This document shows, one piece after another, positions 1-13,124 of a stretch of 64,000 nt of DNA. The translations under genes were made by a program, and so were the position numbers. This DNA comes from Octopus sinensis (Eukaryota), in NCBI RefSeq assembly GCF_006345805.1, contig NC_043006.1, forward strand, positions 29,636,001-29,700,000, written 5' to 3'. Every line of letters begins with the position of its first letter. Position 1 is the stretch's first letter. Below the pieces are notes generated by a model that saw nothing but the letters and a program-made list of their open reading frames with translations, had not been told where the DNA came from and ran no database searches.

Positions 1-1274
1 GATGGTTGATAGTGTGGAACAGCAGAATAATAATGATGAAAGAGTAGACAGGAGAAGGATGAGAGGCAAGGGATAGTGTTTGGTAAACTAGAGGAGTGAA
101 TGGGGAAGAGAGAGAGGTAGGAATAGAATATGAGGAGGGTGAGGGGAGAGATAATTAGTTGCTCAAGGGGAATGGGGGGAATCGGTGAAAATGTCGGTAA
201 AAAGAACAGCATTAATGGATGAAAGGTGGACAACAAGTGAAATGGCTCTGGGTAGTAAGAAAAGTAAGTAGTATCAAGGAAGAGGTGATGAGTGGTGGAG
301 AGGATGTCTCAGGGAGGAAAGAAATTGGGTGAAAGACAGTTGTGCAGGCATATTAACATCAACATCTTTTAAAGCCCATTCGACCCATGCTGGGGGAAGG
401 GGGCTGGGGTAAGTGTCCTTAACTATATGGGGGAGATCAGTATTTGAGGGAGACCCGGCTTCAGTGGTTTGTAATAGAGATACAAGATTGAGTAGTTGGG
501 AAACTAGAAAGAAGACACAAGTGGTGGTGGAATGCACAAAATTTGTTTCACTTATTCTTCAAACTGGGTTTTTGTAAGGTTCTTTTTCAGAGTGCAATAA
601 TTTAACTTTTTATTCTTTGACTAGTTTCAAGCACCGTCTCCAAGTGGCCAGCACCAAACAGTCGCTAGTCTCAAAATACCTTCAGTTTGATATTCCCAAA
701 TCACTCATCTTTCCTGCTTTTGCCATCCTCAGGCCTTAGACTATTTCTCTCCCAGAGCTTCCTCCCCAGAACGATACGTACGTGTCTGCAATTCTCTCCT
801 CACACTTATTTTTGTTGGAGGTGTTGACTTGCAATTAGACAAATGCTAATGCCTAACCTTAATCTTCCCAGTCACACTGCCTGTGAAGGCCAGGATACAG
901 ACCCTTCCTTCACACCCAACTAATATCAAAACTAAAAGGGTTTAGTTGATTCTATTGATCTTAGTGCTAACTGCAGTCTGCTAATATTTTATCAATCTTT
1001 TCATCATACCACTGAGTTAAAGAACACAAAAAAATACAACATAATCAAATCTAATTAACACTGATGTAACAAAATACACACACACACACACACAACATAT
1101 ACAACAGCTTCTATTCAGTTTCCATTCATCAAATCTAAGGCTAGAGCAGAAGACACTTGACCTGTGCATGGGGCAGTGAGATCAAAGGCACAACCACTTA
1201 ATGACTGTGCTGTGAATGTGACAAAATTGCATAGCATTGTTTTTGTTTTTACAATGTTTTGTATGAGAGTCATC

Positions 1275-1510
1275 ATCATCATCATCATTGTTTAATGGCC
1301 GCTTTCCATGCTAGCATGGGTTGGACAATTTTGACTGAGGGCTGGCAAACCAGATGGCTGCACCAATCTCCAATCCTGATCTGGCAGAGTTTCTACAGCT
1401 GGATGCCCTTCCTAACGCCAACCACTCCGAGAGTGTAGTGGGCGCTTTTTACGCACTACTCTCTCGACGTGCCGGTGGCACGTAAAAAGTACCCACTACA
1501 CTCTCAGAGT
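1275..1510 (-). mobile_element. Family B retroposon ((GAT)n-tailed RTE-associated 3' UTR/SINE), with internal inversion
   Basis: (cat)n tail at left; ctggatgcccttcctaacgccaaccactc core shared with many copies in this window. Confidence 0.85.
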
Positions 1511-1688
1511 AGTCTTGAAAATATATTATGGGCCGATGAGAAATGAAGATTCAAAAAAGAAGGCCAGGGAAGTCATCAAATGTTTGAAAGTTGTGTTTCA
1601 TATGAAATCATACAGAATAAGAAAGGCTGATTACAAATTATACTTGCTTATGTTTTAGAATAGAGGATCATTAGACTGAAATTAAATA

Positions 1689-2045
1689 CAGTAGAACCTC
1701 ACAGAACGAGTGCACCATTGAACGAGTAATTTACTGTACGAGCTGAGACTTATGCAAATTTTTGTCTTGAAGTACAATAGGAAATCCACAGGACAAGCAC
1801 ACAAATCATCCCATCTTTAAGGTAATTCAATTAATAAAACCATTCACATATTTCCTTTGCATTCTCTTACATACTTGTAACTACACCTTTTCTGTTTTAA
1901 AACTCATAAAAAATTGTTTTGAGTGGTTTTGGGGGGCTGGAATGGATTAATTATATCTTAGTTAATTTCAATGGGTAAAATTGGTTTGTAAAATGAGACG
2001 AGCTCGGTCATGGAACGATTAAACTCCTACTGTGAGGTATCACTG
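1689..2045. mobile_element. Tc1/mariner (Tigger/pogo-like) MITE
   Basis: TA|CAGTAGAACCTCACAG ... CTGTGAGGTATCACTG: 16-bp TIR with 3 mismatches; the right TA is not intact. Confidence 0.7.
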
Positions 2046-2089
2046 TTTTTTTTCCGCATAGACACACAGAAGACACAACAGAGCTAGTA

Positions 2090-2345
2090 ATGCATTTTGT
2101 AATGGTTTTGTCAAATAGCAACAATAGATGCCAATACTTTGATGTATTAGTGTCAAGGATACACCACAACAGGACACCTACCTGAATTCATACAAAGATC
2201 ATTTCACAGAATGCCTTGATAACATTTTAACTTCTAACTAGAACAACCAGAAACAATGGAAGCAGTTATTTTATGGGTGACTTTAACTCCACCACAATGT
2301 GCAAATGGATTGGGATAAGAGAAAACTAACAAAGGATTTCTAAAT
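2090..2345 (+). mobile_element. Decayed LINE APE-endonuclease fragment
   Basis: atg ggt gac ttt aac tcc = MGDFNS, the APE GDFN motif; stops and frameshifts nearby. Confidence 0.5.
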
Positions 2346-2516
2346 TGAGTTCTAAATACTATTTGCATCTATTTTTAAGTATAACCCAGTAAACAACGTT
2401 GTGTTCATAAAATATAGTAATTTAAAACAAAAAAACAATTGTCAGTCTTGAACTAAAATTTTGGAAGTTTTTCAGGGAAAGTCACATTGTTATCAGTGCT
2501 ATATGTGTGTGTGTGT

Positions 2517-2564
<48 letters not shown>

Positions 2565-2674
2565 CATACACAAACACAGACACATATATGTTATATATAA
2601 ATAGTAATTTATGTCTGACTGTTACCATCTTACTGCCAAAACCAAGGAACCAATCTTCATGTAACTTTGCATAC

Positions 2675-2709
2675 CTGTTAAACTAACATCCAATTCGATA
2701 ATGGGCCCC
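2675..2709 (-). CDS. Candidate short exon (GPIIELDVSLT)
   Basis: ttcccctctag| ... ACAG|gtatgc; 35 nt; only one open frame (phase 2->1). Could be chance. Confidence 0.35.
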
Positions 2710-3747
2710 CTAGAGGGGAACAGTGAATTATATGATAAAATAAGAAGGGTGCAAAGAGTATTACTCTGAGAGAATGTAGTAGCAGAGGTGAGTGTGACTG
2801 ATATCAGGAAAGGGGAGAACAACATTGTGTAAGTGACAAATATGGAGTGGCAATGAGATGAATTGTTAATACAGCTGTCATATACACACGAGTCTGCATA
2901 CATACTTTTGTAAATACATAGAAACATGCATACACACATACACTACACATCACTAACTTTTAAAATGCCAAGGAAGGGAAAGAAAGGTGGGTGTGAGGAA
3001 TGCATAGCTTTATAGAGAGAGGGAGGTAGGTGGCTTTTCTGCTCTCCATCACGAAGAAACACTCACACACAGACACACTCACATACACACATATATACAT
3101 ACATATGTCTACTATACACCATTTTTTAAACCTGTGATTTACCTATGTGTATGCTTGGAAGTGTGTATGTGTGTCACATGCTATAACTGTCTGTCTCTCT
3201 ACTTCTGAAGGGTCTTCCCTGTAGCTGTCGCATATTGTACATCAAACTTTCAAATTTGGTATATTGAAGTAATTTTCCACATTATATCCAATTGCATTAT
3301 TTATTTGTTCTAGAAAAATTGCAGAAAAATGTTACTGAAGTTTAAAGTTTAATCTATTGTACCTAATCAGAAAACAGGTTTTGGAAGCTGGCATTCTCTG
3401 CATGATAGCTTTCACAGAATTAAAGCAAAATCATTAAGAGGAGGAATTTTTATTAAACAAATGAACACAAAGCATTACAACAAGCAGAGTTGTAAGAACT
3501 TCTCAAGTTGTAATAAGTTTTAATGAATGAAGTCATGTGAAATGGTTGAACAGACATGTAAATAATTTAAAAAGGAAAAAAAATCCTCAATGAAGTTTTT
3601 TGCAGAAAACTGCACAAATCTGTCCTGATCAAGAGGTTTATCTATCGGGGAAAGCATGGTCTGACATGGAATAAACAAAAATTTATATGAGACATTCTAT
3701 TGTAAAAATTGCCTGGCCAACAATAGGCTATTCAGTTAGTATGTAGG

Positions 3748-3783
<36 letters not shown>

Positions 3784-4599
3784 TGTATAAATATATATAA
3801 TATAAATGCATACATACACATATACATACATACACACATGTATACACACACACACACGTGCACACACATACAGACCAACATATTTGATTCCCTGAACTCA
3901 ATAAAGTATGTTGACCTTAAATACATGACAAACTAAATAATAAACTTCCTCTGTCTAAAGCAGACAGATTAACAGAGTGTGTGCGAGGGAGGGTGGGCAG
4001 GAGAGAATAAAATCAAGCCAAACAAAGATCGACCATTTTATAAATATGTGTTCCCTGACTTTTGGTAAGGCAGCATTTAACAGACAAATGGTGCAAACTG
4101 ATACCTCATATATTACATATATTAATGCATAACTCTAAAGATTATGATCTTCTTGATGAAGAAAAAAATAGCAGCCAGTCTACTCGCTCATTTCGTAGTT
4201 TACTTTTGTTACCTTCAGTCACTTTCCTTCAGTCGGGCACAAAGAAACTTTGCCAAAATTTGGTTTTCAAACACGCACGCACACACACACAGAGCTTCTT
4301 TTTTGTAAGTCTTTCACCCTTTACTTTCCTCCTTCCGCACACTTAATGCCAGGCTAACTATAAGGACTGGACACATGATTCTCCATAAAAACAAACTTGT
4401 TTTTGCCAACTCATCACAGCTGTGCAATTATGTAACAAATGGGAAAAAAATCAGTAAAATGTATAAACTATGATTTGTAAATTCATTTCAAGACAACTAG
4501 AAATTATCAACATATTACACTTCACTCATTACATCTAATGACCCCTGTAAATCACCCTGCACAACAATCAGCCTTTCTGCAAAGCACTGGTGATGGTTC

Positions 4600-4820
4600 T
4601 ACAGAAAATGCACTAGTGCTGGTGCCATGTAAAAAAAAGCACCAAGTATACTCAGTAGAGTGGTTGGCATTAAGAAGGGCATCCAGCTGTAGAAACCATG
4701 CCAGAACAGAGAATGGAGCCTGGTGTAGCCCCTGGCCTTATCAGCTCCTGTCAAACCAACCAATTCATGCCAGTATGGAAAACAGATGTTTAATAAAGAT
4801 GATGATGATGATGATTTCAT
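4600..4820 (+). mobile_element. Family B retroposon copy
   Basis: gtaaaaaaaagcacc...ggcattaagaagggcatccagctgtagaaac...(gat)n tail. Confidence 0.85.
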
Positions 4821-4929
4821 CCTATCTGTGTCTAACTCAGTGTTTGAATCAATGCTTTTTTCATCAGCAGATAAGGCAGTGACTCAGGCAGCAATTATTT
4901 TGAAGGCATCACCAATCTAGACACACAAC

Positions 4930-6640
4930 CCAACCCTGTCATTTGTAAACATCAAAGCTCAGTTTGAGGACTTGGGCCTTCAATGAGTTTTTTTAGTAGG
5001 CTTCTGTTATTACTAAATTGCTGGCTCTTATTTTAGGGGTTTATTTCTTACAGCATCTCAGCCCTTTAGTAGATGTTTAATGTCACAGGCTTACCAATAC
5101 CACTACCAACCTTACTGTGCCTGGCATAACTGCTCAGACACCCTACAATCAGTTTTGTTATTATATGATACACTGCTCTTCTCCACAAATATCCAAACAC
5201 TGCTTGTCCTGTTTTTTAAGACAAACTAATCTAACACTGTTACCCACCCTGTTGACACCCATGGCCCACCAATGGCTACAAGACTTCTTCTTTCCATACA
5301 CCAAGTGGCACAAAGACTCCCTCCAGCAAGAATTCTAACACATGGTAGCCCTTAGAATTATTTGCCCATCATTGCTACTACATTTGGTCTGGAAGCAAAT
5401 AGTGGACAGCTGGTGCTCTTGCAAAGACTGTCTTGTACACAACAACAACACAGTACCTGATACTAACTCAGTCCCTCATTTGCAAGATTTTTCTAGTCTG
5501 CTTCATGGGGTCAGTATATTTTCGATGATCAAGGGTGAGAGTAGACAACCAAGCCCTTGTCATACCTGTGGATCATCTAAAAGCAGCAATCACCCCACCT
5601 TTCAGATGTTTTAAATTCTTACAGGTACTTTTTGGCCCATGTGATGCCACACAGTCATTTCAGCATTTCATGGATTCTATGACACACAGTGGTTTGTCTA
5701 TGTGTATATTGACAATTTACTATCGCAAATAATTCCAAAGAAGAACAAAGAAAATATCTGCATCTGTATTTCCAATGAGTAACTGCAAACAACATCCATA
5801 AATACATATTTGGAGTTACATCTCTATCATTCCTTGCACATAGAACAAACAAGGACAAAATCTGCTTATTCCTTGAGAAAGGGGGGGCCATTGTAGATTT
5901 ACCGACACCAACATCACTGCAGAAATCATGAGAATTTCTGGGCTTCGTAAATTTATATAAAAGATTCATTGTTTACTGCAGTGACTGAACCAGTCACAGA
6001 TCTTCTTTGACACTGAATAAAGAGAAACACTAAATGGTGAGGAGTTCAGCTCTTATGCAAACTTAAAAGCCATGTTGGCTGAAGGTACAATACTTGTTCC
6101 CCACAAACCCAGAGTTCCTCTTTGTTTTGCTGATTGATGGATCTAGTTTCAGAGTAGAAGATATATGAGAGACAGTGAGTTAAAATGACAGTGAAATCCA
6201 TTGACTCTAAATATTGCCTTTTCATGACTGAATTATTGGCAGAATACCTGACTGTGAAACATTTCTGACACATGCCATATTAAAATACCACTTGGCACTT
6301 TCATGATACCTACAATTCTTTGAATTTTATGCATCGACTTCCATCAACCAATTCTTCTGTTGGCCTGAAGTCTTCCCACTGTCAGATACTTCAATGGAAT
6401 CTATTGCCAGAACTCTGGTACTTCACTGGTTACCATATTTTGGTACACAACAACCACAACAGAGAAAGAATATCACTTTGAGTCTCCCATGTTTCTCACT
6501 AAGCTGATCTCTTTGGATGTAAGCACACTCACTCCACAGATTGTCATCTTGCAACCAGCAAATATGGTTGAGCATTTCAACTGACAGCTGAAGTCCACCC
6601 TTAAACCATATCCTGGCAGCAAAAACCAGTGGGTGATGGT
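4930..6640 (+). mobile_element. Decayed Ty3/Gypsy pol (RT, RNase H, integrase remnants); LTRs not identified
   Basis: Frame-hopping translation gives VPHLQDFSSLLHG, AAITPPF..FKFLQVLFG..DATQSFQHFMDS and VYVYIDN (YIDD-like), typical of Gypsy RT; many stops. Confidence 0.75.
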
Positions 6641-6973
6641 GTACTAACTGTTAAGGAGAGACCCTATACTGTACTTTTAATAAGTTCTGAGTGAACAAGT
6701 CCACACAGTATTGTTAACTTCTCATCGGAGACTGTTTCACTTTGCTAGAAGATTGTAGAATTCCTTTTCACACTCCTCTCTGACTCGAGTTCCATGCAGC
6801 TTAGAGAAACTAAAGACATTAATGTGTATTATAAAACATCAATCAGATGGTTTGTTTATTAATCTAATACAAACAATGGGTGGGGGTGGGGGATGTCATG
6901 TACTTAATGACAGTGTAAAAATAGTCTCTCAATTAATGGAAAGTTACTTCTTAGAGAAAGAAAAACAAATTAC

Positions 6974-7003
6974 CTAAGTGGTTATCATTAGCGATTCTCA
7001 AGC
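6974..7003 (-). CDS. Candidate short exon (GLRIANDNHL)
   Basis: catctttcag| ... TTAG|gtaatt; 30 nt; only the phase 1->1 frame is open. Confidence 0.3.
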
Positions 7004-8189
7004 CTGAAAGATGTCCACTACTCTCCCTGTTACCAGTAAACTAATTTTCTGCTAGGTTCATCAATCCATTACTTGTTAATTAATTCCGTGAAATTAACTC
7101 TTCATTCCTTGAAATTATTCCCTTCTCTCATAATTTAAGCTTTTGGGCTTTTTTCTCCAATTAAAACAGTTCTACCAATTTATTGAGAATTTCTTACACT
7201 ATCCAGTACTCTTCCACTCTATGTATTTACCTAAAATACATGTCATTAACCTATTTGAGTTACCTCTCTTGGACTGTTTTCTACATTTTTTTTTCAAATC
7301 CTAAAGCAGCTTTATTTACTGTGAGATGAATTCTTTCATAAAACAAGAAAACTTTCTACAAATTCATTAACTTTTAAATAAAATTCGCACCATGTTAAGT
7401 GTGTGCCATTATTTACAAACTACAGAAGATGGAAACTAAACCCTAACTCTTGTCAACTGCATTCCTTCTAGAGTTTATACATCTCTCAGATGAACAGTTA
7501 ATTTATACAAAACGAGAAAATACCTGGCTTTTCACATATCTACGAAATATTAAATTTCACTAAAATGTGTTTTTTCTTTGCCTTTTAAATTTTTCTGTTC
7601 TTTTCTTTTGACAGAAGCAAACACAAAGATACCAAACCTAAAATTATTTTAATTAAAATGTTCGGAAATTATTTCAACATCAACAAACTTACTTTTATTA
7701 AAATAATTAATCTGGTTGAATGTTTATATTTCTAAATAAAGTACATCACGCTAAGAGCGTATTCATATGAGAGACAGACAGGCAGGATCTGATGGGATTC
7801 AAATCTACATTTTCTCCACAATTAAATTTGTATTTGGTTAAATAAGAAGACATAGGTTCAAATCCCATCATTTTCTTATGTGTTAATACATTTCACTTGT
7901 AAAAAACTAATCTGTACCCAGTGCTCAGTTTTAGGTTTACTAATAAGTTTCATTAAATTAAGTACCTAATTTCACTTAGATATTAAATACAATTTATTGG
8001 GACTCAAAACACTTTATTAACAGGTTTTAAACAGTAGACTTTTGTACCTGAAGTATCTTTGCTATGTATATTATATGCAATTATTTGTGCACATATCTAT
8101 GTGTAAGTATGTGGTGTGTATGTGTGTGTGTGGTAACCAGTTGGGGTTATGTTCATAGTTATAGGTTTGAAATTCTGGCACAAGGTCAG

Positions 8190-8630
8190 CAATTCTGGGG
8201 AGGTGGGGGTAAGTTCATTACATCGACCTCAGTACCTGACTGGTACTTCTTTTTTTTTTGCCCACAAGGGGCTAAACATAGAGGGGACAAACAAGGACAG
8301 ACAAAGGGATTAAGCCGATTACATCGACCCCAGTGCATATGTGGTACTTAATTTATCGACCCCGAAAGGATGAAAGGCAAAGCCGACCTCGGCGGAATTT
8401 GAACTCAGAACATAGAGACAGACGAAATACCAATAAGCATTTCGCCCAGCATGCTAACGTTTCTGCCAGCTCGCCACCTTTGACTGGTACTTATTTTATT
8501 GACCCCCACCCCCAAAGGATGAAAAGCAAAGATGACCTCAGCAGAATTTGAACTCAGAATGTAAAGTCAGGGAAAATGCTGATAAGCATTTTTGCTGGCA
8601 CCGTAACAGTTGTTGCCAGCTTTTGCTGTC
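8190..8630 (-). mobile_element. Tandem family A tRNA-SINE copies
   Basis: On minus: head ggcgagctggcagaaacgttagc (A-box-like), gagttcaaattcc (B-box-like), core gcctttcatcctttcggggtcgataaa. Confidence 0.85.
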
Positions 8631-8949
8631 TTGTAGTTTGTATTTCCTTATGAAACATCTGAACCAGTCCAGTATAAAATAAGTACTTGTTGCATACTGG
8701 GGTCAATGTAATCAACTTCTCCCTCCTCTAAAATTACTGGTCTTGTGCCAAAATTGGAAAAAATTATTAGAGAATAATGAGACAAGAAAGACCTAACCAA
8801 AGATGTTCCAAGTAAAAATCAAAATGGAGTAAAAGGCTCAAGTTTCTTGGAAACTTCACACATTTTCAGGAGCATAATTCACATTTCAGTCTGAACTGCT
8901 GACATCTGAACATATTGTATTAGTCATTGCTTGCTGTATCATTCCTTTT

Positions 8950-9595
8950 ATCATCATCATCATCATCATCGTTTAACATCCGCTTTCCATGCTAGCATGG
9001 GTTGGACGATTTGACTGAGAACTGGCAAACCAGATGGCTAAACCAGGCTCCAATCTTAATCTGGCAGAGTTTCAACAGCTGGATGCCCTTAATAATACCA
9101 ACCACTCCAAGAGTGTAGTGGGTGCTTTTACATTCCACCAGCACAAGGGCCAGTCAGGTGGTACTGGCAACGGCCACGCTCAAGTGGTGTTTTTTACGTG
9201 CCACCTGCACAGGAGCCAGTCCAGCGGCAATGGCAACAACCTCGCTCGAATGTTTTTCTCATGCCACCAGCACAAGTGCCAGTAAGGCGACGCTGGTAAC
9301 GATCATGTTTGAATGGTGCTTTTTACATGCCACCGGCACAGAAGCCAGTCAGCTTCTCTGGCAGCAATCACGCTCGGATGGTGCTCTTAGCGCTCCACTG
9401 GCATGGGTGCCAGTCATTGAATTTGCGAATTTGATTTGGTTTCGATTTCACTTGCCTCAACAGGTCTTTGCAAGCAGAGTTTAGTGTCCAATGAAGGAAA
9501 GGTACGCATATGTGGGCTGGTTACACCCCTGGCATAGGCCATGGGTTATGGTCTCACTTGGCTTGCTGGGTCTTCTCACGCACTGCATATGTGTA
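8950..9595 (-). mobile_element. 3' end of RTE-type LINE: ORF2 C-terminus (..YAVREKTQQAK*), 3' UTR with 5-unit repeat array, family B end and (GAT)n tail
   Basis: Minus-strand translation near 9560-9595; repeat units at about 9122, 9188, 9252, 9317, 9382; (cat)n at 8952-8970. Confidence 0.75.
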
Positions 9596-9767
9596 CAAGA
9601 TTATATAAGAATTAAACCATTAAATCTATATCATGGTTTTATTCAGGATCCTGGAGTCTCAATTAGCTCAAAATTAACTCTATTTGTTGTTCAATTACAA
9701 TCTCTGACATGACAAATTACCATTATTTGAAGTTGGTATACTCAAACTAATGTACTCAAACTAATAC

Positions 9768-9932
9768 AATTTCACTCTCAACAATTTGGTTATTGTACCC
9801 TGTTACATCAAGTAATGTCCTAAGACTTAGTAACTGAATGCCTTTATTAAATTCACGGGAGTAAATAGCTTTCATTCCATTGTCCGCCTTATCCAGGATA
9901 TTCACATATTTGTGATATCCTTCAACCAGAGC
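9768..9932 (-). CDS. Probable downstream exon of the same gene (ALVEGYHKYVNILDKADNGMKAIYSREFNKGIQLLSLRTLLDVTGYNNQIVESEI)
   Basis: 55 open codons of protein-like composition, bounded by ctag| (in-frame stop just upstream) and |gtatta; phase 0->0. The acceptor has a weak pyrimidine tract; no domain recognised. Confidence 0.6.
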
Positions 9933-10089
9933 CTAGATTGTTGGATTGAACCACAAATTGAATCACATCTGCTAAACTTAAACAATGCTTAGATTTACAC
10001 AATACAATTAAGTAATGAAAATGACACCATTTAAACCTATTTTCTGGTTTCATCTGCCTCCCCTCATCTCTTCCATTCCTACATGAAGC

Positions 10090-10370
10090 ACTTTTCTTAA
10101 TTCTTCTTTCTAAGAACTGATGCCATCTGCAATATTTCTCTTGCCCATGTTTCTTTCTTCTAGGTATCAATCTACAGAGATTCAAATTGGAAAACAACTG
10201 CATCAAATGGTGAATGTCTGCAAAGAATGTAGCCATGGCTCGTCTCCTTTTGCCTCAATAAGACAAAAAAACAAAAAGAGAAATCCTGTTGTCACAAGAA
10301 CAAAGAGCTGCTGCCGGCCACCTAATACAGATGTACTGTTTAGACACACTTCTTCATAGCTAGCTTCACT
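10090..10370 (+). mobile_element. Decayed RTE LINE 3' fragment
   Basis: Remnants resembling the W..LAS.R..WR and terminal C..C/H motifs, with stops and frameshifts. Confidence 0.4.
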
Positions 10371-12906
10371 AGTCAGAGGAGGAGACAGAATCCTAAGAAT
10401 ATAAGACTAAGTAAACAATAAGTAAAACGGAGTTTCAGGAATTTTACTTCAACTCAACTATTCAATCTTCTTTGTAAAACTGTTCCCAAACAACATAACA
10501 TGATGCTTGATTTGCTTGGCCATTGGGACCACTTTGAAAAAGCTGGTATGTAAGCAAGTAAGCAGTAAGAGATAAAAAGGAAGGAAAGATTGAAAAATGC
10601 AATTCAGCTGCAAGGAAGGTGCTGCACATATGGTAGAATATATCTGTCCAAGTTGGGTTAATTAAAGTTAACAAAAATAATTATGATTTTCATGACAATG
10701 GTGGAGAGATTGAATAATTCAACCATTAGCAAAAGTGGGAGTAACAGCTAGTACACTGCTGGCTGTCAATAACTCCATTAGTAAAAGCTGGCCCAGTTAC
10801 TATTAGTGATGGTGATTATTCGAGAGTGTGCCTCAGAGGGTAACTTTCTAGGTGCAATCCCATGGTCATTCATGACAAAAGGGGATCACACAATACAATA
10901 TCAATGACCTTTGAATATGAATTACTTTCACATGTCTTTAGTTTGGGCCCAACAGATGCAACAGCAGTGCCTTGCTGCTATAGGTTTTATACATTTTAAA
11001 GCCCTTTCTTTGTAGCATTTTCAACATTTCAGCACCAACTTTACTTGCTATAATTATCTCTAGCAAAGTCCATCATATTTTTTGCCATACTTTAGACATT
11101 CAACTCATAAAAGGAAAATCTGTAGAAATAACCTGTTGCACATAGCAGATGTGTGTTTACTCTGACAAATGAAAGGCATTTTAATGGTCAGCAAAGTTAT
11201 GGCACAGCAGCAACAAACAAATACAACCTACAGTTGGAGTTAGAGAAACTGATTTTTGGCAATCCCTAAAGTAGAAACTAAATATTTTACAATCGTTATC
11301 TTATTATGATAATTAGTTTCATTCACTAAAGACATCCCTGATTGACACACAGACATACAAACACTCCAAACCCCACTTGAAATCTTTCACACTCTCAAAC
11401 CCAGCCACTACCAAACCATTACCAGCACTCGTTGGATTATGCAATCATTCCCCTGCCTTGACTACTTATTACACATCCACGTGCAAAGCAAAAGGTCCCT
11501 ACAGCACTTGAAGCTAGTTGACTGGTTGAAGCTGTACAAGTCTCAGCACTTTAACCTGACCCATCAGAGACAACTAATGGTATGGAATGGGGATATTAGT
11601 TATGTCTCTCTCTCCACATCCAACACCCACAACCAAAACTCAGAACCTCAATTTCCACCCCCACTCTACCCCCTGCAATGGTTCAGTGCACTGCAGCATG
11701 TCACGTAAAAGAAAGAAAGAAAGGAAAAAAAAATCAGCCACAAAGCTCAGAAAATTGCCAACCTCTACAACTTTTAGCACCAAATCTCATAACAGACAGA
11801 TCTTCATCCAAAATACAAAGAATGTTTCCATGCATTTACACTCTAAAAGTTCTCCAAATCCCTAAACAACAGCTGATTGTTTTAGTTCATTGCTAAAAGA
11901 ATTGCTACTTTGCAGAATCTTTCTTTCTTCCACTTTTTAAACATGACCATTCTGGAAGCAATGTCCCTCCAGACAAAACCTCTCCATCTGCTGACCATTT
12001 GGTATCGAAATTCACACAGCACAGTATAAAACTCTTTCAAAACTAACAATTCCAACAGACTTGAAACTATCTACACATACATCTCAAGTATGAAACCACT
12101 TCTGGTCACTTTAAACGAAGGCAGTGTCCCTTCCATTAATCTCCAAAGCTAGCCTTTATCCTCACAAATCCTTCAATCTCTCTCTCTTTCTCTCCTTCCC
12201 CAAGCACATATCTCAATCTTTGAAAACACATAACAGTATGTTCCATCTCCATGTTCACCATTTTACTGGCAAGGGTGGTGGAGAAGGAGGCAGTGCAATT
12301 CTTTCTACCAGACTAAAACAAAAACAAAACAAAAAAAAACCCTCCTTCCTCCCAAACAACAGTATTCTTATGAATAGACAACCAACAGACCCAGACATGA
12401 GTTTCTGTTGCTCATAAATGCAGTCACTAGATTTTCAATCATCGACTCATGAAGCATTTGAAAGGATAGCTGGAAGACAAGTCAAATAAAACATCTTTCA
12501 TACTGATTGATTTTTTGCAAAAAATGTGTGAAGAATACAAATCATTTTAGTAACAATACTAAAGAAACAGAACCAAAACCTCTACTAGCTCTATATGGTA
12601 CCCTGTATATGGTACCCTATATATGGTACACTACAGCTTAAAAACATGAATTACACCTCTCTAAAAATGAGAGAAGAGAAAAGATACAGGCAAAAACATT
12701 GATCATTTCAATGTTTATGTTGAATAATAATTGCCTGTTAACTATATTTGAAGTATAATGATTGGTTGGAAGAGCCTCAAATTATTTAATAGATTTTCAA
12801 ACTATCAGAAACTTAATCATAAGATAAGCCTTGTTTTTTTTAACATCAAGACATTTTCTTATATAAAGCAAAAATTTACACACACACATAATATGATTAT
12901 ATATAT

Positions 12907-12953
<47 letters not shown>

Positions 12954-13028
12954 TCATCATCATCATCATCGTTTAGCGTCCGTTTTCCATGCTAGCATGG
13001 GTTATATATATATATATATATATATATC

Positions 13029-13124
<96 letters not shown>

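Noticed and set aside
1-537. 87-aa minus ORF in purine-rich sequence
   Set aside because: No recognisable motif or splice signals; probably a decayed repeat.
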